The notes below the pieces were generated by a model. It worked only from the letters and a program-made list of their open reading frames with translations, made no database searches and was not told the origin of the DNA. The position numbers and the translations under genes are program-made. Below are positions 10,073-18,998 of a stretch of DNA of 28,653 nucleotides, in pieces (the first letter of the stretch is position 1; every line of letters begins with the position of its first letter). Source of the DNA: Candidatus Hermodarchaeota archaeon (GTDB lineage Archaea > Asgardarchaeota > Lokiarchaeia > Sigyniarchaeales > SOKP01); the NCBI GenBank assembly GCA_048885525.1, contig JBHLLP010000044.1, forward strand, positions 1 to 28,653. The letters are read 5' to 3'.

Positions 10073-10924
10073 TCAAGATTTTAAAAATTTGATAATATGT
10101 TGATTAATTATATGAGGATATTCTAATATTGATTGATGACCAGCGTTCTCAATAACAATAAACTTACTATTAGGGAGCTTTTCATGAATTCTTTGAGTAA
10201 TGACCAAAGGAATTGTTCTATCTTTATCTGCGGCAATTATTAAGACCTCATTTTTAATTTCATGTAATCGCTCATAAGTATTATGGGTTTTTAAAACTTC
10301 ACCTAGATGATAATAATCTCGTTCTGTTAGACCATAAGCAGTTTTTTCTTCTACTAAATCCTCTACCGACCAGATATTATGAAACTTCTTTTTTGGATTC
10401 TCTTTCATTTGTTTCCAAAATTCTCTAGAATAACTTTTCTTAGCACGTTCGATAAATAAATTTAGTGGATCTTTTTGTAGTGATTTATTATCTTTAATAG
10501 CTTTATTTATATACCATTCAATTCCTTGGTCAGGTAAAGCACCTGGTGGCACGATACCGGCTATTGTATTGATTAATACGATTTTGTTGATTCTTTTTGG
10601 ATATTTTAAACAGATGTTTTGTACTATCATCCCACCTAAACTATGTCCGATTATATGCGGCTTCTCTATTTTAAGATAATCTAATAAAGCATTGATATCA
10701 TTAGCAAAAAGTTCCATCGAATAAACACCATCAGGTCTATCTGACTTTCCAGCTCCTCTATTATCAAATCTTATAACTTTGAAATGTTCTGATAACTCTC
10801 CAAATTGAGCACGCCAATGTTCTTTTCTATCACCAAAACCGTGCACTAATAGGACTGGGTCTCCTTCGCCCCTTATTTCATAGCAAATTTTTATACCGTT
10901 AACATCGGCAAATAAATCAGTCAT
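10073..10924 (-). CDS. Alpha/beta hydrolase (paralog C)
   Basis: HGFG, DNRGAGKS, GHSLG, KDR, AGHQ. Confidence 0.92.
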   Translation of the reverse strand: MTDLFADVNGIKICYEIRGEGDPVLLVHGFGDRKEHWRAQFGELSEHFKVIRFDNRGAGKSDRPDGVYSMELFANDINALLDYLKIEKPHIIGHSLGGMIVQNICLKYPKRINKIVLINTIAGIVPPGALPDQGIEWYINKAIKDNKSLQKDPLNLFIERAKKSYSREFWKQMKENPKKKFHNIWSVEDLVEEKTAYGLTERDYYHLGEVLKTHNTYERLHEIKNEVLIIAADKDRTIPLVITQRIHEKLPNSKFIVIENAGHQSILEYPHIINQHIIKFLKS

Positions 10925-11030
10925 AAATATTAAAAAATCCTAATAAAAATAAGTATTATCATAAATTAATTTTAAGAATTATGGCTTCTTTAAATATATA
11001 CTTTTACTAAATAGAATTTAACGAAAGCAC

Positions 11031-11795
11031 ATGATAGAAAAAAAGCTGTTAATTAAAAGTGCTAATGGAAGCGATCTTCACGGGATCCATTATTTGGAAA
11101 GTAAAGAATCAAAATATCCATCTTTACTAATAATGTGTCATGGTTTTACGGGTGATAAATACGAGTGGGGTCGATTTCCTAAATTAGCTAAAGCTTGTAA
11201 TAAAGAGGGCTTTGATGCACTTATATTTGACTTTACAGGCTCTGGAGAAAATAAGAGAGTGCCTATAACCTTATTTAAGCAGATTGCAGATTTAGAATCA
11301 GTGTATCAATGGGTTCAAAATCAAAACTATAGAAATATAGCGGTATTAGGATTATCATTTGGAGGGCTTACTGCATTAGGAGCAAATTTACCCGGAATCA
11401 CAACCTATATTTTTTGGGCACCAGTTTTATTTCTTCATACAACTGATGATCAAGCCAATTGGTTCAAGGATTTAAACAAAGGTCCTGTAGAAATTCCATC
11501 AACTATAGAAGGAAAACCTATAATCATCGATATGACATTTATGACAGATTTTGCAAAGCTTCGAGTAAAATCTCATTTAAAAAACTTGGATTATCCCGTA
11601 TTAATTTTGGTTGGAACATCTGATGAATCAACGCCATGCGAATTAACAAAAAAAGCCTTTAATTTCCTTCCAAATAAAGATGAAAACAAGTTTGTAGCAA
11701 TAGAAAATGCCCCTCATGACTTCGAAGGTGAACATCTTAAAGAATTTATAAAGCATACAATTGACTGGTTGAAATTCCATTTTGGTGTAAAATGA
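11031..11795 (+). CDS. Alpha/beta hydrolase (esterase/acyl-CoA thioesterase-like, distinct subfamily)
   Basis: CHGFTG, FDFTGSGE, GLSFGG, G..DE, APHDF triad motifs. Confidence 0.9.
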   Translation: MIEKKLLIKSANGSDLHGIHYLESKESKYPSLLIMCHGFTGDKYEWGRFPKLAKACNKEGFDALIFDFTGSGENKRVPITLFKQIADLESVYQWVQNQNYRNIAVLGLSFGGLTALGANLPGITTYIFWAPVLFLHTTDDQANWFKDLNKGPVEIPSTIEGKPIIIDMTFMTDFAKLRVKSHLKNLDYPVLILVGTSDESTPCELTKKAFNFLPNKDENKFVAIENAPHDFEGEHLKEFIKHTIDWLKFHFGVK

Positions 11796-11799
11796 TTAA

Positions 11800-12633
11800 T
11801 TATAAAAAGTCTAGGATAATTTGATTTACGTCTGGAGCTTTTTCTAAGTTAACCCAATGGCTTCCTGGAATTACCTTTAATGTACTATTTATAATCTTTT
11901 CATGCAGCTGATCTCTTGCTGCTTTTGAAGCAAGTTTATCTTTATCTCCAGCAATTATTAAAGCTTTATTTTTAATTTCATGCAATCGATTCAATATTTT
12001 ATGAGTGATCAAGGTATTAGTTAGGTTATTAATATCTTGAGGAGTTACGGGGTCAATTCTTTCACTTTCAATTAAATCATTTGCAGAAAAAATTCCATGG
12101 AATTTTCTCTTTGGATCTTCCTTCATTAATTTAATGAACTCGCGAGAGAATCTTAATTTCATTTTTTCATAAAAACTCTTAATAGGATCCTTTAATCTTG
12201 CTTTATATATAGCAATCTGGTTTTCTTTATACATTTGTATGCCCACTTCATCGAGTGGTAAATCTGGAAATGAGCACATAAGAATTATCTTATTAACGTA
12301 CTCAGGATATTTTAAGGTAAAATGTTGTATAATTGCTCCTCCCAAAGAGTGCCCTATAAAATGTGCTTTTTCAATTTTCATAAAATCCATTAATCCCTTT
12401 AAATCCTCAACTAACATTTCCATCGTGTAAGATATATTCGGTCTGTCCGATTTTCCAGAACCCCGATTATCTAATATTATTACTTTATACTTTTTTGATA
12501 ATTCACCAATCTGTGCTATCCAATATTCTTTTTTAGCAGCAAATCCATGTATAAGAAATACAGGGTATCCTTCTCCATAAATTTCATAACAGATTTTTAT
12601 TCCATTAATATTTTCAGCAAATAATTCAGTCAT
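11800..12633 (-). CDS. Alpha/beta hydrolase (paralog D)
   Basis: HGFA, DNRGSGKS, GHSLG, KDK, GSHW. The start ATG 12633 (MTELFAE) is chosen by alignment with paralogs and a TTATAA box at 12658-12663. Confidence 0.9.
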   Translation of the reverse strand: MTELFAENINGIKICYEIYGEGYPVFLIHGFAAKKEYWIAQIGELSKKYKVIILDNRGSGKSDRPNISYTMEMLVEDLKGLMDFMKIEKAHFIGHSLGGAIIQHFTLKYPEYVNKIILMCSFPDLPLDEVGIQMYKENQIAIYKARLKDPIKSFYEKMKLRFSREFIKLMKEDPKRKFHGIFSANDLIESERIDPVTPQDINNLTNTLITHKILNRLHEIKNKALIIAGDKDKLASKAARDQLHEKIINSTLKVIPGSHWVNLEKAPDVNQIILDFL

Positions 12634-12691
12634 AAAAAATAAATAATACATATAGAATTATAACTTTATTGCTTTAAGAAGAATAACCTGA

Positions 12692-15046
12692 TTAAACGGC
12701 TTTTTCAATAATCTTAGGTGGAGTTAATTTTAGAAACTTAAAATTTTCAAAAATTTTTGATAATTCATCGTTAGAAATTATAGAATTAAGCCTTTTAGTA
12801 CTCGAATTTGTATTTACAACATTTTTAACTATAATCTCACCATAATGATTTTTAAGCAAATTCTGCACATCATAAGAATCCTTACCAACTTGATAAATCT
12901 TGCATTCATTGAGTTGCTTACTTAACTCATAAATTACTTTAAGAGTCAATTTTTTAAATTTGGGGAATTTTCTTAAAATTATCAGGTTTATTTCTTCAAA
13001 ATTTTTAATTTTTATTAGTTCCGCTAACTTCTGTGAGATAAATTTCTTAAAATCAAGTTTTAATTCTTGAAGTGAATTTCTTTTTAAGTCTCCCAATTTG
13101 AACTGCTGTAACATTGTTCTTTTCTTAAAAATCTCAGAATACCCTCCAAATCCAATCATCCTTAGAACTTTGCCTTTGTAATTAGGGTTTTTAATTATTT
13201 TTAAATATACTTTATTGAATTCCTTTATAATTTTATTTTGAATGAATTCATGAAATATTTTTAATGAAGTGTCTTTATTTGGTAAGAAGCTATTATTAAA
13301 TGCTTCAAATATTTTATCAATAGCATCCAATTCATCAATTTTGTATTTTTTTAGTTCCTTGATGAGATTCAATGGAAGATAGGAAGAGATATATTCAATA
13401 CCTGCCCATACTAACTCAATTGCTGTTTTTATATTAACTCTTCTTAGAGGTTTCATAATTTTAATATTATTGCTCTTTATTACTATTGGGTTTTTTTCAC
13501 ATAAGATAATATTAAAGGGTTGGATTTCATGGGTTAGAGGATGGGTTTCATCGGGAATAAGATATCCCTCTGAAAATTGGCAGATATAACTCCCCAGAAT
13601 GGGTTTTTGTGCCAAATCCCATTCAACTAAAATTACTTTATTAATATCAAGTAAATTTATTTCATAGTCTAATTCAACATTCTGATTAATTTGGGCAGTA
13701 TTCATTATTTTAGGTTCAGAATTGCCCCAAAAATTCTTAATTTCATAATGCAACGGATTATTTCCACTGAAAATATCTTTAAATACGGGATAGTTTTCAA
13801 TAAAATTATTATTATCAGTATATTCCAAATGATGGCTCTCAAATCCACACTTTTCAAGAATATAATAATGTAGTGGAGTTTCATTCTTGAATGGTGAAGT
13901 CCAGATTAAAGTAGGATAATTATATCTCTTAATAAATTTCATTTGTCTTAACTTATCACTTTGAGTGTTTGTTATAACTAAGGATCGAAGAAACGCATGT
14001 TTTAATTTTAAACCTTCTAAATAAATACCCCTTAATTTTTTCATGTAATCTTGGATTTTAGAAAAAATCTTGCTATAGTTGTTAAATTTACAGTTCTGTG
14101 CAATAGTAATAAATGCATTTACTTCTTCTTCTGGTTCCATATTTAATATGGCTTCATTAACTAAATCTAACGTCCTCTTGTTCATTATTTCTTTTAAATT
14201 AGTCTTAGAATCTTTATGAAACTCTTTTAAATAATCATTAATATTAAAATCAGATTCAAATTTATGTAATAGCAAGTATTTTAGAATTGGTTCTTCAATT
14301 TTATTTACTTTTATAAGTTTAAATACATCTCTCAGGAGAAGTTTCGGAAAATTGATCATTAAAATCTGACTATTAAGTAAAATCTCAACTCTTTTTGAAA
14401 AGTTAAAATTCTCGAAGTTAGAAATTGCTGTACTTATCACTTTTGGATATTTATCTAAGTTTTTATCAGCTAATTCTTTGAATTGTACTGAATATTTTAA
14501 GAACTGTTCATATAAGTTATATTTTAATGTAATTTCACCTATTTTCAAGATATATTCAAAATCTCTTGATTCATCAAACGCTTGATGTAAGAAATTAATT
14601 GCTTCATAATATTTAGTACGCTTAATTAGCTCCTCTGCTTTCATAGTATAGCTTGCTGTTTTACTTTTTTTAACCATACTGAAATCTGACGTAAAATACA
14701 TTTTAGAAATATTTTGACATATCGCTTGGCAAACTTGATTTTCAAGTAATAACAAAATTTTAACAATATGCTTACAAAATTTAGTTCCTTTTTTAAAATC
14801 AGGACAATCATGAATAATTTTAAATCCCAAACCATCTTGAAAAATATTGATCACATACCGAGAATTTCCCGATCCTTGCAGTTCCGATATAACTTTAATA
14901 CTTGGATCTTTTTCAACATTAAAACTAATAATATTTTTATTAGGGATATTTTTTCCTCTATTAAACCTAGCACCATGTACGTGTCTTCTAAAAAAATCCG
15001 CATTTTTGAGATTATTTTTTAAATCTATTATTAACACCTCCTTCAT
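12692..15046 (-). CDS. Large hypothetical protein with N-terminal SWIM-like Zn finger
   Basis: V/L.GS...Y.I.I......HDCPDF.....CKHIV..LL matches the SWIM pattern, with His replacing the first Cys. The rest is mostly helical with no recognisable domain. Confidence 0.75.
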   Translation of the reverse strand: MKEVLIIDLKNNLKNADFFRRHVHGARFNRGKNIPNKNIISFNVEKDPSIKVISELQGSGNSRYVINIFQDGLGFKIIHDCPDFKKGTKFCKHIVKILLLLENQVCQAICQNISKMYFTSDFSMVKKSKTASYTMKAEELIKRTKYYEAINFLHQAFDESRDFEYILKIGEITLKYNLYEQFLKYSVQFKELADKNLDKYPKVISTAISNFENFNFSKRVEILLNSQILMINFPKLLLRDVFKLIKVNKIEEPILKYLLLHKFESDFNINDYLKEFHKDSKTNLKEIMNKRTLDLVNEAILNMEPEEEVNAFITIAQNCKFNNYSKIFSKIQDYMKKLRGIYLEGLKLKHAFLRSLVITNTQSDKLRQMKFIKRYNYPTLIWTSPFKNETPLHYYILEKCGFESHHLEYTDNNNFIENYPVFKDIFSGNNPLHYEIKNFWGNSEPKIMNTAQINQNVELDYEINLLDINKVILVEWDLAQKPILGSYICQFSEGYLIPDETHPLTHEIQPFNIILCEKNPIVIKSNNIKIMKPLRRVNIKTAIELVWAGIEYISSYLPLNLIKELKKYKIDELDAIDKIFEAFNNSFLPNKDTSLKIFHEFIQNKIIKEFNKVYLKIIKNPNYKGKVLRMIGFGGYSEIFKKRTMLQQFKLGDLKRNSLQELKLDFKKFISQKLAELIKIKNFEEINLIILRKFPKFKKLTLKVIYELSKQLNECKIYQVGKDSYDVQNLLKNHYGEIIVKNVVNTNSSTKRLNSIISNDELSKIFENFKFLKLTPPKIIEKAV

Positions 15047-15060
15047 TTAAGAATGCTATT

Positions 15061-17673
15061 TTATTGATTAGTAATAATTTCAGATATCAATTTTGGAAAT
15101 TCCCTCCACTGATTCAATGTTAAAAGAACACCACTTGCTTCTTCGACCATTTTTTTAGCCATCACAGGAGAAAAATTAAATTTGGGAACAACCATAACAA
15201 ATTTAACATCTTTTTCTCTCATCTTCTTCAATTCATTTAAGCTATTTTTAAAATCAAATATATCTGCATCTGTAAAAAGTACATTTAATTTATGTTTAGA
15301 TCGAGCCTTTTTCTCAAATTGATGATTAGCCCATTTAAGAGCAGAGTTAATACATGTGCCGCCTCTCGCTTGAATATCCAGTAATTCATCAACAACCTTC
15401 TCTAACTCTACACCTTCATCTAAATTTTTAATTCTATGAGTGTTTGACTCAAAAAAAGTGAGTGCTAATTCTTCTGGCTTGAATGCATAGACCAACATTG
15501 TAGCACAGAGCGCCATTTGCGATAATTTTAGTCCTGTCATACTACCACTGATATCCAATTCAAGAACTAAACAACGTAGACCTTGGCTTGTTTTAGCCAC
15601 CAAAAAATCATCATTTGAGATCAAATCAACTGTTTTCCCACCTTCTAAAAGATTGCTTACAGATTCTTCGAGATCAATTAGTTCAAAATCATCACCTGGC
15701 GTATAAGGAATTACAATATTTTCTACAATTGGCCCTGAATTAGCTGAGCCGATTAAAGAGTTTGCAGATCTAATGCCCAGATCTATCATAATATGTTTAA
15801 TAATCTCTTTTAATTTTGTTTTAACCTTTATTGAGATATTATGGCGTGAAAAAAACCATTGTTCAAGGAGATCTAAACCACTTCCTGCTCCTAATGAAGA
15901 AAGCGCAGATTCTAGAGCAGCATCACCCATATCTTCAGCAATATTAAGGACCTGCGACAAAAATTTTTCACTTAAAGCACTTAATGCATCCATATTAGTG
16001 GTTTTAGGTGGTGCGGCTCCCATGGCACTTCTTATAATTTGTTCAACTTGCTGAGGACTAAGTTTTAATTTTTTAAGGTAATCCTTATAGGCTTGATAGG
16101 TTAATGAATGTTCCTCCACCATTCTTTTAAAATATTTGAAATTTGCCTCAATCATACTAAGAATTTCTGCTTCTGACATTTTTAACTGCTTTCCTGCCTT
16201 TTTTATTGAATTAATATTAGGAAGAAATCCCATTTCATTAAAATTTTTAACAATATTTCTTAAAATATTTTTATTCACTGCAATTTCTGTGGTTTTATTA
16301 ACTACTTCTTGAATTTTATTAGATAACTGAGATTTACATACAAAATCAGAACAATTATCTTGAGAGGCAATTAAAGTATCAGCTAAATTTTTCATTTGAG
16401 CATTTAAAACACCTGGTTTTACATAACTTATTTTAAGTTCTTGAACTTCTTTATCGATTGTTTTAGACAATAACTTTCGCCATGAAGGAGTTTTTATAGG
16501 ATTTTTTATTAAATTTTTTCGTATATCCTCAAAATTATGTTTCTTATCGACACTATCTAAATCAGTACTAACTTTCTCTAAATATTTATCACTTATAACG
16601 CCCCCAAAATATTGATCATAATTCTTAACACTTTGAAGGGCATCTTTAAAGGGTAAATCTAAACTATTTTTAATAATATTGTCTATTTCTTGCTTCTCAA
16701 AATCAAGATTTGACCCCATTACTTTAGTAGCTCTAAACAAATCATTGAGATTTCGTTTTCCACGTTTTAAATTATTTTTAAGAAGTTCTTTCATAGTTTC
16801 TTTTCCTGTACTATCTAGGATTTTCCCTTTTAAACCAAATTCAGCAAGGCTTAAAGCATCATAAAAGTTCTTTTTAAAAGTATTTTCTAAAGATTTCTTA
16901 AATTCAATTAAATTATCTACTTCTACTTTTCCTATATCATCTTTACTTAAATCTTTATTTTTAACAAATTGAGACAATATTTTTTCTCTTGGTACACTAG
17001 ATTTTTTAATTATTTCATCAAGAATTCCTAATTTCCTCGCAAAATTAATATCTTCTGGCTCTAAATGATTTACCTTTTTCCTTAAAAGTCCTTTTGCTTT
17101 CTCTAATAAAGATTTAAGATCTGGGATTTCATCAAAATGAACAATTGCATTTCTTTCAATTACATCAAGAGCTGTTTTATATGGGTCCTCCTCAAGTTCA
17201 CGAGCAAATCTATTAAAAAAAGTATTAAAAGTCGAATCCATCATCGTCTCCAAATCTAATCCTTCGATCTCAACAAAATAATTTTTCAAGAGCTCTAAAT
17301 CATCATAGATTTCATCCAAATCACTAAAATCCTTAGAAATATCATCTATTAAATCTTTAGGTTTAGTATGATCAAAAATATCAAGATTTTGTATTTCACT
17401 TGAAATTGTATTATTTAATGGATCTAGATACGTTAAAAGTTCTCTTGCTATTTGTTTGGCTAAGTCTTGATTCTCTAAGGGGCTAGTTACTACCGCAACT
17501 TCTAAAAAGTCTTCAATATCACACATACCTCTATTTAAGAATCTTGCAAAGATCAGTTTACACATAGCAATTGCTTGTCTAACAGATGGTTTAATTATAC
17601 ATTTTTCATGGGTTCTCATAGCATTTATAAATTTGAGTGAAAACCAAACTGGATTAGTTGGAAATAATATCAT
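15061..17673 (-). CDS. VWA (von Willebrand A, MIDAS) domain protein, MoxR-associated
   Basis: C-terminal DISGSM (DxSxS), GGT and FTDAD MIDAS residues; YTPGDD...ID motif typical of MoxR-partner VWA proteins; GAGG SD-like sequence upstream. Confidence 0.9.
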   Translation of the reverse strand: MILFPTNPVWFSLKFINAMRTHEKCIIKPSVRQAIAMCKLIFARFLNRGMCDIEDFLEVAVVTSPLENQDLAKQIARELLTYLDPLNNTISSEIQNLDIFDHTKPKDLIDDISKDFSDLDEIYDDLELLKNYFVEIEGLDLETMMDSTFNTFFNRFARELEEDPYKTALDVIERNAIVHFDEIPDLKSLLEKAKGLLRKKVNHLEPEDINFARKLGILDEIIKKSSVPREKILSQFVKNKDLSKDDIGKVEVDNLIEFKKSLENTFKKNFYDALSLAEFGLKGKILDSTGKETMKELLKNNLKRGKRNLNDLFRATKVMGSNLDFEKQEIDNIIKNSLDLPFKDALQSVKNYDQYFGGVISDKYLEKVSTDLDSVDKKHNFEDIRKNLIKNPIKTPSWRKLLSKTIDKEVQELKISYVKPGVLNAQMKNLADTLIASQDNCSDFVCKSQLSNKIQEVVNKTTEIAVNKNILRNIVKNFNEMGFLPNINSIKKAGKQLKMSEAEILSMIEANFKYFKRMVEEHSLTYQAYKDYLKKLKLSPQQVEQIIRSAMGAAPPKTTNMDALSALSEKFLSQVLNIAEDMGDAALESALSSLGAGSGLDLLEQWFFSRHNISIKVKTKLKEIIKHIMIDLGIRSANSLIGSANSGPIVENIVIPYTPGDDFELIDLEESVSNLLEGGKTVDLISNDDFLVAKTSQGLRCLVLELDISGSMTGLKLSQMALCATMLVYAFKPEELALTFFESNTHRIKNLDEGVELEKVVDELLDIQARGGTCINSALKWANHQFEKKARSKHKLNVLFTDADIFDFKNSLNELKKMREKDVKFVMVVPKFNFSPVMAKKMVEEASGVLLTLNQWREFPKLISEIITNQ

Positions 17674-17710
17674 ATTATTTTTCCTCTAAAAAATGAATTA
17701 AATTTTAAAT

Positions 17711-18883
17711 TTAAGCGGAACCTACAACTTGAGAAATGATATTTTTAATGATATCATTTGCTTTAACTCCTGGTTTTGTTTGTATCGCTCCGAATAACAC
17801 GTTACTAGCAATTTCTCCAAGAACTTTATCAGGATCTTTTTTAACTTTTTTTTGTGCTACTCCAGTAAGACGTGCTAGCGCGATACCACTCCGTAAACTA
17901 GCAGGCGTTTGAATTTGATGATGAGTGCGAGTCCGATTAATTAATAAGTATATTTTCTCAAGGGTGCCTTCGTTTATTTTATAATATGGATTATTATGCT
18001 CAATTATCTTCATCTCTGTTTTCTTATCGGGATAATCAAGCTCAATCCATACATTAAATCGATCTTTCAAAGCTTCTCCTAATCTGTGTGTCCCTACTAA
18101 CTCTGAGGGATTCATAGCTCCAATAAAGAAAAATCCTGGCGAAGCCTTTATTCTTCCTATGTGTGGTATTCCTAGAGTTTTTTCTTCTAATGGTTCTAAT
18201 AGGGAATTTTGAGTGTATTCTGTAGCTCTATTAATTTCATTGGCAAGAAACACTCCTCCATTTAACATAGCCTTTATTAAAGGACCTGGATTAAATGCAT
18301 CAAAAGAAAATCCCTTCTGTATTGTAGTCGCAGGGTTGAAACTTCCGACAAGATGAGCAGGCTTGGTTGATTCATCAAATGTTATCCATTCGAAAGAATC
18401 ATTCCCAGTGATTTCTGCTCTTGATTGGGCATAATATCTGCATAATGTTGTTTTTCCAATCCCTGGTGGTCCCACTAAAATTGGGTATAGATTTGATGCG
18501 TCTGCTTCATACATTAAATCAAGTGCATCTTGATATTGACCACTTAAAACAATTTCCATTTTTTCTCCCTTTTGAGAGAGAAGATTCTTCTCAAAAAGTT
18601 CTTTTAAAGTTAATGGTTTTTTGGATGTTTGAGCTTTTGGTGATTGTTTCAGATATGGAGAATTTTTTAAAATTGCCAAATTAACTTGAGTACTTTTTTG
18701 ATTAGGTTTTTGTGATATCCCAGTTTTTTGAGTAGGTTTTATAGCGCTGGATTTTGTTGATGTTGTTGATTTTTGAACAGCTTTTTTCTGAGGAGATTTT
18801 GTAGTTGGAGATTTCGGTCCTGGCTTTTTAGATGGAATAGATTTTGATGGCATGGTCTTTTTGGGTGCTGGTTTTTTCGCCAT
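17711..18883 (-). CDS. MoxR-family AAA+ ATPase with N-terminal Lys/Pro/Ser-rich extension
   Basis: Walker A GPPGIGKT, F.PGPL, Walker B variant FLANEINR, QN.LL..LEE, AMNP.E..GT..L.EAL.DRF, lid SLR. Confidence 0.93.
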   Translation of the reverse strand: MAKKPAPKKTMPSKSIPSKKPGPKSPTTKSPQKKAVQKSTTSTKSSAIKPTQKTGISQKPNQKSTQVNLAILKNSPYLKQSPKAQTSKKPLTLKELFEKNLLSQKGEKMEIVLSGQYQDALDLMYEADASNLYPILVGPPGIGKTTLCRYYAQSRAEITGNDSFEWITFDESTKPAHLVGSFNPATTIQKGFSFDAFNPGPLIKAMLNGGVFLANEINRATEYTQNSLLEPLEEKTLGIPHIGRIKASPGFFFIGAMNPSELVGTHRLGEALKDRFNVWIELDYPDKKTEMKIIEHNNPYYKINEGTLEKIYLLINRTRTHHQIQTPASLRSGIALARLTGVAQKKVKKDPDKVLGEIASNVLFGAIQTKPGVKANDIIKNIISQVVGSA

Positions 18884-18977
18884 TTTTTAAACCTTTAAAA
18901 AATGAAATTTGAATTTTTGTACTTCTTATTATTATTTTAAATTGCTATTTAAAGACTATATCTTATATGAATTTCTG

Positions 18978-18997
18978 AAAAAAAGATTTGAAAAAAA
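18978..18997 (-). terminator. Paired U7 tracts after amrS
   Basis: Two A7 runs on the + strand immediately downstream of the stop codon of 18999..20042(-). Confidence 0.45.
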
Positions 18998-18998
18998 T

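Noticed and set aside
15061-18883. Assignment as Mg/Co chelatase (ChlI/ChlD, CobS/CobT) or CO-dehydrogenase CoxD/CoxE
   Set aside because: The architecture is reminiscent, but the ATPase has MoxR-type motifs, and no chelatase large subunit, tetrapyrrole or molybdoenzyme genes are nearby.
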